A DNA stretch of 63,980 nucleotides, filler included, from Hausera hauseri (Eukaryota): NCBI GenBank assembly GCA_046269625.1. It is 13 parts of 13 records of this genome, joined end to end, with 100 filler letters (N's around TTAATTAATTAA, not from the genome) between each part and the next. Parts side by side here need not be neighbours in the genome. Positions count along the whole stretch, not along the records: positions 24,012 to 28,101 come from JBJURY010768207.1; positions 28,202 to 33,165 come from JBJURY010376479.1; positions 33,266 to 38,617 come from JBJURY010273174.1; 10 more parts are not named here. One strand, 5' to 3'. Shown piece by piece: positions 25,409 to 36,430 of this stretch. How positions within the stretch are numbered: the first letter of the stretch is position 1; every line of letters starts with the position of its first letter. The notes beneath the pieces were generated by a model, which saw only the letters and a list, made by a program, of their open reading frames with translations, was not told where the DNA came from and did not search any database. The translations under genes and the position numbers were made by a program.

Positions 25409-26299
25409 TCATTTGGTGCTCTTAGTAGGAATTTCTTCATCATCGAACATTGGTTCTAGGATTTTACAATCCATCGTTTCGAATTCCTCTTTGTCAATCA
25501 TTTCGTCAGTTTTTATCGATTTAGTTTTATTTCCTTTCGTAAAAGTGGCATCGGTTTCGTATTTCCATTGCAATCCAGTTAAATAGGATTTATCACGATT
25601 TAGGAGATCTCCATGATCTAGAATATTATTGTGTGGGTCAGCTGGAACCCACTCATAGGTCTCTTTCAACTTTCTGTGAGCCCCTATATTGGGCTGAAGT
25701 CGTCCTTTTGTGGTGCTAGGAAATTTGTTTATTTGTAAAAATTCTATTAGTTGACTTATTGTCCTAATTCGGTTGTCCATAGTATTCGCAACATTCTTCA
25801 ATGGATCAAAAACTGCACATGCTGTATTCATGGGAATACACAACGCTTTAAAGGTTTTGTATGCTTCTAACGTCACTATTTTATAACCCAAGATATATTT
25901 TTTGATTTCTATTTGCACAGTTCGAGAGTCCATTCCATTCTTAATTTTGTCCCATGAGATGTCATGTCGTATATTATTTAAGTTGTGGATTACTCTTCTA
26001 TGTGTTGTCACTTGGTTAAAAACAATATCATCATTCTTTTCAGCTATTATTATCTCTACTGGGAGCTGGACCTGCAGACCATTGGATTTATGTCCATATG
26101 CAAATGATACAGCTATGTATCTAATGCTGTTTGATTTACTAGTATATAAAATATTCGGTTCTCCCATAAGGTCTTCTTCAGTCGGTTCTTCCTTATATTT
26201 CAAAGGCAATAAGATTGGAATTTTTCTTTCTCTAAAAATTTCTATCATTCCTATATTAAGTATCTCTTGATATGAGTCTGGTTCTTGATGGGTCGACAA
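25409..26299 (-). CDS. REXO4/ISG20-like DEDDh exonuclease fold with degenerate active site, probable retroelement cargo
   Basis: YIAVSFAYG..VEIII..IVFNQVTT..HDISWDKIKNG..TVQIEIKKYILGYKIV..FKALCI parallels YVALDCEMVG..VSIV..VYDxYV..SGIRPENLKQG..VVQKEVxxxLxGRILVGH..DLKVL. The acidic residues are absent. Confidence 0.55.
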   Translation of the reverse strand: MSTHQEPDSYQEILNIGMIEIFRERKIPILLPLKYKEEPTEEDLMGEPNILYTSKSNSIRYIAVSFAYGHKSNGLQVQLPVEIIIAEKNDDIVFNQVTTHRRVIHNLNNIRHDISWDKIKNGMDSRTVQIEIKKYILGYKIVTLEAYKTFKALCIPMNTACAVFDPLKNVANTMDNRIRTISQLIEFLQINKFPSTTKGRLQPNIGAHRKLKETYEWVPADPHNNILDHGDLLNRDKSYLTGLQWKYETDATFTKGNKTKSIKTDEMIDKEEFETMDCKILEPMFDDEEIPTKSTK

Positions 26300-26948
26300 G
26301 ATAGTTTATCTGACAAGATTCCTGTTCTGAAATAATTTCTAATGAGTTTTTACGCTCTCTTCCTTTCCCGAATGTTAGCATAATTTTTCCTATTGCCAGG
26401 TATACAGTTATTCCTTTGTTGTTTGATGTCCATTGTGGTAATCTAAAGGTTGTATCTGAATTGAATATCTTAAAAGGTAAAATTTGACGATTACGCTGTT
26501 CCTCGTATTTGAATGCGTTGGGAATCTTTGTAACTTCATTTATTGGACTTACCGAATTATTGATTTGTTCCATTATGTTATCATAAAATGAATAAGTCAT
26601 TTGTTTTCTGTACTGAGCTTCTGAATTCCGTTATCATCTTTATCTCTCCATATTGGATATTTGAAGTAATTCTGCTTTCCAATTTCTGTAGTTTTGCCAA
26701 TTAGTCGTTTGCTTCCGGATTCCGTAGCCGAATTGCATATTCTCTTAGACATGTTTCTTTGTGCCACTATATAACAATTTTCTTCGTTTTTATATTCCTT
26801 CAGATCTACTCTGATTTTGTAGCCAATCGTATTTTCATAACTTTTGTTCTTATTGGCCGATGTTTTCAAAAGGGTATGTAATATTATGATTGGTCAAATC
26901 ATCATACTTGCTACGAGTGTGTCTTTCATCAGGTTTTCCTTAAGGTAA

Positions 26949-28101
26949 TTACTCAACCCTATTAACTAGACTAAAAATCACAATGGGTGCAAAGCAAAAC
27001 ATAGTGCTTGTCATTTCATTTACATTCTCTTCATTACTTGCTATCATGTTTGAAGCTGTAGGCTCTCTATTTCGATTTTGCTCCTCAATTCTATTTAATT
27101 GTGAGCAAATCTGATTTCCTCTAATTATAGAGTAATATGATTCATCATTTTTCTTTTTACATCTGGGTTTTTTACCCAATGCAATACTTATCATAAGGAT
27201 TATTCCAATACCTGCTATTAATATGAATATCCACCAGTATTGTAATATATATTTTTCGGTAGTTATAATTGAAACACTAGTTAATTTCTATTTTTCGTCG
27301 TCGTCATTATATCTTATGTGACGGTATTGATCTATTGCTGGTTGTGTTTTTATGGCCACAATCTTTGAATTATCTAAGGTCTCTATTCTAACAAGGTAAT
27401 TAGTATCGGGTGTTAGTTTTTCACAGAAGTTTCGTTTATTTGTCTCGTACTTGATAATAACTTTTTCATGAGAACCTGTGCAAGTTAGTGTAATATTTCG
27501 TTCATTTATTGTGTTTTGCAATATTATTTCAATGCGATCTGTATAAGGCTTTAATTTGAATTTGATAGGAAATTCTTTCATCCATTGCGTGGTTTAGGTT
27601 GGACTGTTGATTCTCGATCCCGATCTCGATTTGGCTCACGATTTTGATCACGGTCCGCTCGATCTTTCTCTCGATCTCCCCTACCTTTAATGGTGGGTAT
27701 AGTCCATAATGTTGATGTTGTCGGTTTTTTCACAGAATGTGGTGAAGTTATATGTTGCTTAGCAAAAATCGGAATAGGTATGTGTGGTTTGACCGCGAAG
27801 AGAATAGGAATACGGTGAGAATGCACTCTAATAGATTGTTTATTTTCCAGCGTTTGGTATGCATCTAAACGGATTCTGTACCAGACGTATGGATAGAGTG
27901 TGCAACATGAACGGGTATCATTCCGCTTAAGATAACAATAATGTAGTTGTTTTATAGATGTAGAGTTTGGATCAAGCCATATGCTGATTTCGAATTCAAT
28001 TGTAATAACTGCGTAGTGCGAAAATTCATACAAGGTGGTTGTCTTGTAATGTTGATACTAGAAAATTCAATATCATGTTTTAAGAAGTGAGCGATAAAAG
28101 G
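26949..28101 (-). pseudogene. Type I membrane protein: two FN3-like domains, TM helix, basic cytoplasmic tail
   Basis: CTLYPYVWYRIRLDA and CEKLTPDTNYLVRIET (LxPxxxY tyrosine corner). After one stop it reads WWIFILIAGIGIILMISIALG-KKPRCKKK in frame. Confidence 0.6.
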
Positions 28102-28201
28102 NNNNNNNNNNNNNNNNNNNNNNNNNNNNNNNNNNNNNNNNNNNNTTAATTAATTAANNNNNNNNNNNNNNNNNNNNNNNNNNNNNNNNNNNNNNNNNNN
28201 N

Positions 28202-31200
28202 TTATCGAGAAAAGAAATACCCGGTGCAAAAACCAAAATCGATAAGAAAGACGTAAAGTTAACGCAATATTTCGATAATAAGATTGACTTTCTGATCAAT
28301 TACGTAAGGAAAGAAATTAGAGGTTTATATCGTGAAATAATAATGAACGAGTGTAAGTTGAATTACGAAATAATGCGTAATAAAATGGCGCTGGTAATAA
28401 CAAATCCGGACATGGTAGCACCTGTAATGCCTTTCGGTGATGGAATTATGGGCAGAATAATGGGCGAGGTATTAATAACAATAGAATGCAAAAGGGTAGA
28501 AGTATCGATTAGACCCACGGAAGAATGTACAATGGAGCTACCTGTTGTTTACCATTCTGAAGCACGATACATTATGCCAGTAACTAGGATACTTCTCGAT
28601 GCTAATGTAAAGCCCACTCCGTTATACAATTGTACTTTTAACATGTCACCGATGTTTAAGATTGATAATGATAAATGGATAAGAATGCCCAAGAGAGAAC
28701 CAATATCTAAACCAGAGACATTGAGTTTAATTAATTTACAAAGAAATCAAAAATTTGAACCGCTGACCGGAATATCACAGGGAGGAATTTATACACAACA
28801 AAATTTAGAAGATTATCGACGTATGTTGTTGTTTCCTCAGCAAAGACAGAGGGTCATAACGGAATTGACAAGGAAAGTAATGTGGGATGGTGAAGGTTCA
28901 CCACAGTGGGAAAACCTTATGGGCAAGGATTATCTAAAGAAGGTGACAAAAAACGTAATGGAAAAGATGTGGGGAAAGTTCCTGTATTTTGGTCAAGCAG
29001 CCTCCGGTTTTCTAGCCATATATTTTATTATTAGTGCCATTCGAACAGTATTTACGGCACTCGGTAAAGCATATGGAATACATGCAGCAGTAGGATGCTC
29101 CTGGAAGATTTTAATAGCGGTAATACCAGCAGTAGCAAGTTGCTTCTTGGCAAACCATGATGCCCGATGGAAGAAGAAAATATTAAAAAGGAGAGACATG
29201 AAAGAATCCCTATATAGTATACCGGATGATAATGATGTTGAATATAGCCAAAGGAAAGTAAAGAAACGAGTACCTAATATTAAACAATTAATGCTCAAGA
29301 CACGAAAACCTAAGTACAAACAGAAATTAATAACAGATCTACCTCGTTTAGATCCCGCGGATGAGTATCATGGGCAAATTTATAATGAACAACCGTTAAT
29401 AAATCCTTCGGCTCCCCGATACGTGGTACATGCAGGACTGTACCCTACGCAACAAGTACAACAGATGAGACAAAGTCTTGATGACAATATAGTCCCTTAT
29501 AAGCGTGAATCCACATACATCGTTGACGATAAAAACGAACAACAACCACCAATAAGACCCGAAATTGAAATAGAAGTGAACGGGTACCCCATGATGGCTT
29601 TGTTAGATACTGGGTCAACCACGACGATAATGAGCAAGAGCCAATTACCAAAGGAATTAAGAAAAAGGTTAAGAAAACCAACCACCACAATGGTAAACGT
29701 AGGAGCCTTCGGTACGGAAGAGGAAATCAAAATGGTCCTAGATGCTAAAATTAAAATTGGTGAGCAAACCTTGAAGCATACCATAAGAATAGCCGATAAT
29801 TTGACTAATGAAATTTTAATTGGATGTGACGTATTAAATCAATTGAAAGACGCATATATCGATATGAGAACATGTCAACTGAAGACATTCAGTGAAGACT
29901 GTAATGAAGGAATGGTTTCACTAACAAAAGACATTACAATCCCACCGCGGTCGGAGATAATAGTCCCGGGAAGAGTAGAAAGTCGAACGTTACCAGAGAT
30001 TATTTATTTTGAAGCATTCCCTCAAGTCATGGAGAAATATGAAGTACTAATTGCCCCTCATGTAGATAAAGTAAGAGATGGGAAAATCCATTTACGCATC
30101 TGCAACACAACGAATAAAGAGAAACGATTACGAAAAGATACTAGATTGGGAAAAGTAATAACAACGGAAGAAATAATAAAAGAAGGAATTTACTCAGTAA
30201 TATCAGACGTGGATAGAATAGAAAAAATGATGACAAAAAAATTGAAAAAGAAATCAGACGAAGACAAAAGAAATAAAACCACGAATATTGATTGGAACGA
30301 AAGGTTAAAAAAATGCGAAATTCTAAGTAAAGAAGAAAAGGAAATGTTAGTTAAACTATTAGAAAAGAATGCCAGTCGATTCGCACAAACCGACTATGAT
30401 CTCGGTACCATGAAAGTAATACAGCATGTTATTAAATTGAAGGATGGACAAGATAAACCAATTAAGAAAAGACCATACCGACTGGCCTATGATAAGAAGC
30501 AGGAAGCTCGCAAAATAATAAAAGAGATGAGAGAAAATAAAATAATTCGACCAAGCTGTTCACCATGGACAGCGCCAGTAGTAATGGTTAAAAAGAAAGA
30601 CGGAAGTATGAGATTTTGCATAGACTATAGAGCCTTAAACGAAATAACAGAAACGGACACATACCCATTACCGAGAATCGACGAGATACTGGATAAATTA
30701 CACGGATCAACTATATTCACAACTATCGATTTACAAAAGGGTTATTGGCAAGTGGAGGTTAAAGAAGAAGACAAACCGAAAACAGCCTTCTCAATTGGAG
30801 AAGGGTTATGGGAGTTCAATCGGATGCCCTTTGGACTGAAGAATGGACCTCCAACGTTCCAAAGAGGAACAGAGCTCCTGCTGTTGGACGCTCCACACGC
30901 CATGGTATATATAGACGACTTAATAATAGCATCATCAAATTTTCAGCAACACTTAAAGTATCTGCAAGATCTTTTTGATAGATGCGAGATAATGGGCCTA
31001 AAAATAAACCCTAAGAAGTATTCATTTGCACAAGCGGAGGTAGCTTTCCTCGGACATAAAGTAGATAGACATGGTGTAAGACCTCAGGATAAGCTCTTAG
31101 GGAAAATAAGAGATTTCCTTAAGCCAAGTACAGTTAGAGAACTACGTCAGTTTCTAGAGTTAGCCAACTATTATCGAAGATTCATAAAGGATTTTAGTAA

Positions 31201-31459
31201 AATTGCTAAACCTCTGTACGAGTTATTACGCGAAGATTTAAACAATGTCATTTGGACCAACGAATGTCAGAAAATTTTCGAATATTTAAAAGATAGATTA
31301 TTAACGGCTCCTGTATTAATCTACCCAGATATGACCAAACCATTTATTTTGGCAACGGATGCAAGTGATTATAGAATAGGAACAGTATTATTACAAAAGG
31401 GCGAAGATGGAAAAGAACATCCTGTCGCCTATGCTTCACGAAAACTTAATAAACATTAA
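28202..31459 (+). CDS. Polyprotein: chuvirus-like glycoprotein C-half, TM segments, aspartic protease, RT, RNase H (5'-truncated, premature stop in RNase H)
   Basis: One frame open from the contig start. GEVLITIECKRVEV..RPTEECTMELPV..PVTRIL, GGIYTQQNLEDYRRMLLFP and WGKFLYFGQAASG match chuvirus G motifs. Then ALLDTGS, RFCIDYRALN, YPLPRID, MPFGLKNGP, YIDD, LATDAS. Confidence 0.92.
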   Translation, partial: LSRKEIPGAKTKIDKKDVKLTQYFDNKIDFLINYVRKEIRGLYREIIMNECKLNYEIMRNKMALVITNPDMVAPVMPFGDGIMGRIMGEVLITIECKRVEVSIRPTEECTMELPVVYHSEARYIMPVTRILLDANVKPTPLYNCTFNMSPMFKIDNDKWIRMPKREPISKPETLSLINLQRNQKFEPLTGISQGGIYTQQNLEDYRRMLLFPQQRQRVITELTRKVMWDGEGSPQWENLMGKDYLKKVTKNVMEKMWGKFLYFGQAASGFLAIYFIISAIRTVFTALGKAYGIHAAVGCSWKILIAVIPAVASCFLANHDARWKKKILKRRDMKESLYSIPDDNDVEYSQRKVKKRVPNIKQLMLKTRKPKYKQKLITDLPRLDPADEYHGQIYNEQPLINPSAPRYVVHAGLYPTQQVQQMRQSLDDNIVPYKRESTYIVDDKNEQQPPIRPEIEIEVNGYPMMALLDTGSTTTIMSKSQLPKELRKRLRKPTTTMVNVGAFGTEEEIKMVLDAKIKIGEQTLKHTIRIADNLTNEILIGCDVLNQLKDAYIDMRTCQLKTFSEDCNEGMVSLTKDITIPPRSEIIVPGRVESRTLPEIIYFEAFPQVMEKYEVLIAPHVDKVRDGKIHLRICNTTNKEKRLRKDTRLGKVITTEEIIKEGIYSVISDVDRIEKMMTKKLKKKSDEDKRNKTTNIDWNERLKKCEILSKEEKEMLVKLLEKNASRFAQTDYDLGTMKVIQHVIKLKDGQDKPIKKRPYRLAYDKKQEARKIIKEMRENKIIRPSCSPWTAPVVMVKKKDGSMRFCIDYRALNEITETDTYPLPRIDEILDKLHGSTIFTTIDLQKGYWQVEVKEEDKPKTAFSIGEGLWEFNRMPFGLKNGPPTFQRGTELLLLDAPHAMVYIDDLIIASSNFQQHLKYLQDLFDRCEIMGLKINPKKYSFAQAEVAFLGHKVDRHGVRPQDKLLGKIRDFLKPSTVRELRQFLELANYYRRFIKDFSKIAKPLYELLREDLNNVIWTNECQKIFEYLKDRLLTAPVLIYPDMTKPFILATDASDYRIGTVLLQKGEDGKEHPVAYASRKLNKH

Positions 31460-33165
31460 AAGAAATAAGCCGTAATAGAGAAAGAGTTATTAGCAATGAT
31501 ATTCGCCTTAGAAGTATTTTCACCGTATATCAGCGAAAATAAACCGCTTGTGATTTATACAGATTATAGACTAAAACAACATGAAAATCCAAATAGCAGA
31601 TTACTACGATGGGCTCTAAAGTTACAACCATATACATTTAATTTTCAGTATAAGCCTGGCACACGAAACGCTAATGCTGATTACTTATCGAGACTACCTG
31701 ATAAAACAGAAACAAAAGCAGTAGTCGCAGCCGTATGGAGTATGGATGGATCAGTTGAGAAGATTAAAGCAAATCAAAATGAAGATGAAAAAATAAGAGC
31801 CATTAGGAATTACATAAAAGATAAAACCGTGCCCGTTGACAAAGAGTTAACCCGTCATCTGTCTCACTTTAGCGAAGCGTACGAGGAGAAGGAAGGATTT
31901 CTGTACTTTATTAGTCAAAATGGACCTGCATTAGTAATTTCTAAGAAAAATAGAGCTGTTCTACTAACACAATATCATGATGGATTACTTGGAGGACATC
32001 AATTAGCCAATGACATTAAACAAATTAAAACGAAAATACTTTTGGCCCATGATAACAAAAGATGTACAGGAATGGTGTGAGAGCTGTAAGCTGTGTGCCA
32101 CACGGAAAAACACCGGATCAAAATTCAAAGCACCATTAAAAGTATGGGATAACCCTCCAGCACCATTCGAGTTTACCGCTATGGATATAACGGGGCCATT
32201 ACCGCTGACACGGAACGGAAATAAATATATTCTAGTCTTTATCGACTACTTCACCAGATGGGTGGTTGCCCTACCAATGTCTGATATGAAGGCAGATACA
32301 ATAGCTGAAAGATTTGTGGAGAATATAGTATTCAATTATGGAGCTCCGAGAATCCTTTTGACCGATCAAGCATCAAATTTGACTGGAACTGTAATGCAGT
32401 CCATATATGATATTTTGAAAATATTAAAGTTACGGTCAACTCCCGGACATCCGGAGAATAATGGAATGGTTGAGAGGTATATTGGAGATTTAAAAGGAAA
32501 ATTACAAACGGTAGTAAATACTAGGCAAGATGATTGGGACGAATACATCAATGCATGTGTTTTCGTCAATCGAACATCAGTTCATGAAGCTACTAAAGAA
32601 ACACCTTTTTATTTAATGTATTTGCGAGATGCAAGACTACCAATCGATCTAGATTTTAACGTAAAACCCACTTCACATTTAATGGCAATAGAAGATTATA
32701 AACAGTTAATGCAAGAACGACTTCAGTTAGCCTATAAAATGATTGGTGATAATCAAAAAGATTATAAATTAAAGTATAAGAAATATTATGATCAAAAGAC
32801 TAAACAGCCTAAAATCAAGGTAGGCGACCGAGTAATGTTATATTCTCCAGCAATAAAAAAGGTAAAACGTCGAAGTTGGATAGACCATATAAAGGACCAT
32901 ATGAAGTGGAAAAAGTAGACCTACCGAATATTTGTCTAAAGAAAAATAATACTTCTGTAAAAGTCCACGTTAACAGATGTAAGCCCGCTGCCAAGGAGAG
33001 CGAACTAAGAAAAGGTGAAAAAGAGTCGGTATGTAGCGTTGGTGAGAGCATTGGTGAGAAGGTAACCGCAAGAGGTTCAATAAATAGACTACAATTAAAA
33101 AGAATATTAGTACTAATTGTCGTTCTATTTCCCTTAGTAATAGGACAGATGACGGATCAAGAAAT
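31460..33165 (+). pseudogene. RNase H C-terminus, integrase with GPY/F module, and a downstream signal-peptide-like segment
   Basis: EKELLAMIFAL, RWALKLQ, NANADYLSR, YHDGLLGGH/YFWP..CKLC, MDITGPLP, TDQASN, NGMVER, PYKGPYEV, VHVNRCK, then RILVLIVVLFPLVIG. Two stops and two frameshifts. Confidence 0.92.
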
Positions 33166-34269
33166 NNNNNNNNNNNNNNNNNNNNNNNNNNNNNNNNNNN
33201 NNNNNNNNNTTAATTAATTAANNNNNNNNNNNNNNNNNNNNNNNNNNNNNNNNNNNNNNNNNNNNGAAATTTTAAACTAATGAAAATTGCATTAAATTAT
33301 CAAACGAATGAAGGTAAAATCGATGAAATGGTTAATTAATATTTAATTAATTTATTGATCAAAGAAGTATTCTAATTAAAGTGTAAAATCAATGGAAAAT
33401 TTTGCAAAAATACAAATAAAGGATGCAAGTCGAATATTTACCGTTCATCTGCCAATGATATTGGCAAATTACGGATCCACATGTGTTTTACTTTATTTAC
33501 ATTTTAGTGATCGTTAACAGAACTAGCGACTGTTTTTTTACGCGCGTCGTTTAGAGATTCGGTGGATAAATAAAAAGTCGATATCTGAAATTATTTAAAT
33601 GTAACACATTAAGAATGACAATTTGGTGTAATGGTCAGATTGATTATTTGTATCTTATGTAAATCTTACAATTCAGATTTGTTTGTGTGTTACTATCGAT
33701 TCATGAAATACAATTATTCGAATTTAGGAAATGGTGCACAAAATGCCCATTTTACAATATGGATTTCTGTGCACAGTTTCTGAAATTTATTTATACACTT
33801 CGTAAACACATATCGACACGTCATTTCGATACCCTACCACAGCTATGGAGAGCGCAAAAGGGCATGTTGGATCGCTGCAAACCCGAATCTGCTATACTGC
33901 AGGTAAAAGCTGGCAATGCTTCCAAGCCAGACAAAATTGTTTTTATTTATTCGGTTTCAAAATCATGGCAATTTAATGTCCTTTCACTTAGGACAAGTTT
34001 GTCTTCAAGTTTGTCCTCTTCTGCCACCGAATGGCGATCTACTGACATCGGCCTTCGCAGTCGAACTCCGGTTAGACTGCGCAAGCCCCACTTCGCTGGG
34101 AACTTGGCACGCCTGAATCATACGTACTGCACTGCGCAACCAACATATCCGACAATTTCGTCTTAGTTATTCTTTTGTTCGAAAAAAAGCATTATGTATA
34201 CAAAAGAGCAACAATTGAAAACCTGTGTGATGTGTTATCACACCAAACAACTCTTACTTATTTCCGCTT

Positions 34270-36430
34270 CAGTCTTAATGGCTTCTTAAAGTCGTAGACT
34301 CTTTTCTTAAAGCCAATACCTTACTCATACTTTTACCCTCAAGCATTAAATCACAACTTTCAAACTTATCCGAAATCTTCCAAAACACTGACCCATACAA
34401 CGCATTCTTAAACTCGGTCTTAAAAATCACAGAGCCGCCTTTGGATAATATCATCCACAAGTATTTTAACGATAACCTTTCGAGTTTCTTCAGACTGCAT
34501 TAACTCAGTTGAGCATTCTGAGTGTCAGCCAAACGAATAACGCCGATTTGCTACGAAGATAGTTTCTGCCGTCTCTATCGCGGGACATTCGTACACTCTG
34601 AACGATAGTTGAGGATACCGAGACATTACAAAAGCTGGCACAATTGGCTGATAAAAGCCATGAAATATTACATGGACAATCACTGCCACTAGTTGCCGCT
34701 ACATTACAAATATCAACGACACAACAGATTAACGAAATAACAAACCTGAACAACCAAATAAATTCTTCACGTACTGAAAATGCCAATATATACCAGGCAA
34801 TTTCAGTAAAAGCCCTACCATGCCGAGGCGGAGTCCTTTCGATGCGGACCATAGCCGCACTTCGTCTCAAAATTCGAGACCTGCGAGGTTTCCTGCGCGA
34901 CCGATACTAAGTCCTACATTGTCTGCATATACCGTAATAAATTTAACAATAAAACACTCAAGTGCATAACAGGTTGCACTTTCACCAATCGATTCAATTC
35001 TTCACAGCCTGATTCTTCCAAAAACTTAAATCCTACTCTTAAAAAACTAGTAAAACCGCCAGATGTTTCGGCGCATGCTGGCACAGGCAAATATCTCCAC
35101 TCTGCCAGCCGTACTTATGCCCGTACTTATCAGTTAATTTTTTAATCGACTCTGGAGCAGCAGTGTCTCTCCTGAATCTGCCTACCAAAACCACAATTTT
35201 TCTCCGTCAGTCAAAAAATTATATACAGCTAATGGCCAAGCATGGCATGAGTGCGGCGCGTCCAAAATCTCGTTACGTCACAGCCTTTTCCTGACGTTTT
35301 CACATGGACCTTCACCATTGCCAACACGCAGTCACCAATTGTTGTCTCTGATTTTTTACCTTTCTACAACCTCCTGGTAGACTGTAGGCAGCGTCGGTTA
35401 GTCAGAAATAATTCGACAAACACAACGTGCATAGATAAACTCCCACCGGTTGCGCAGACTACTTCGTTTGTCGGGCCCATACTAAAAAAGTCATTATCAA
35501 ATTTAAATGCAAATACGAATTTTAACACTACCGATTTTGATAATTTTATATTTCAATCGAATGGTAACAGAATAGAGAACGTTGACATAAACGATTTAGA
35601 CAGTTCAATATCCACCATGTCCAGTTCTACAACTGATCAATCATCTGATTTGCTAACAACATAATTTGCCCCGTTAAGTCAAGAAATCCAACAATATTTA
35701 ACTAAGTCCTGTTTCCGCGCGATCTAAAAGGACCCAACTTTTAGACAAACTAGCTCGACATTCCATCACCTCATCACCGAGAATCCTAGGCTCATTAGGC
35801 AAAAACTCAGGCCAATCTCACCATGCCGTAGACAAGCGGTCCAATATGAATTCACGTCTCTCGAACAAGCAGGTATAATCCACCGTTCGAAGACATTTTG
35901 GGCTTCACAACTCTACGTAGTACTCAAAAACGATGGCAAATTCCGTCCATGTGACGATTATCGCCCACTTAATAACGTCACAATCGATGATGTTTCTCTT
36001 CTACCGTTGATAAAGGACACCTTACATTTGTTGCATAAAACTACAATCTACTCTACTGTATACCTAAAAAAGGGTCTACCACCAAGTACCGGTAGCACCT
36101 GAAGACATTGAAAACGGCGATAATAATATAATTTGGCCTCTTCGAATATGCCTTCATGCCATTTGGCTTAGTGAATGCAGCCAAATCTTTTCAACGACAT
36201 ATAGATTCTATACTTCCAGGCTTGCCATTCGTTTACCCATATATCGACGATATATTAGTAGCATCAACCTCACCTAAATAACATGCCGAACATCTCAAAC
36301 TTATTTTTCAACGCTTACATAACAAAAATTTACACGTAAACTTCACGAAATGCATATTCTTTCAAAAATAGCCATTTGTTATGCATATAATCACTCCTGA
36401 CAGTCACACTCCATAGCCTGATAGAATTCA
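34270..36430 (+). mobile_element. Ty3/Gypsy CsRn1-like gag-PR-RT remnant
   Basis: LQKLAQLADK gag motif, CIYRNKFNNKTLKCITGC knuckle, FLIDSGAAVS, SDFLPFYNLLVDC, DGKFRPCDDYRPLN, MPFGL, YIDDILVAS. Related to 13740-15450 and 59874-63980. Confidence 0.9.

Larger units (their letters stand above)
28202..33165 (+). mobile_element. Ty3/Gypsy LTR retroelement, glycoprotein-PR-RT-RH-IN segment
   Basis: Domain order PR (DTG 29606), RT (YIDD 30908), RH (TDAS), IN (HHCC, DDE, GPY), preceded in frame by the glycoprotein C-half. Confidence 0.97.

Noticed and set aside
24012-33165. Treating the FN3/exonuclease contig and the G-pol contig as physically linked
   Set aside because: They are separated by a linker and lie on opposite strands. 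Linkage is only a hypothesis.
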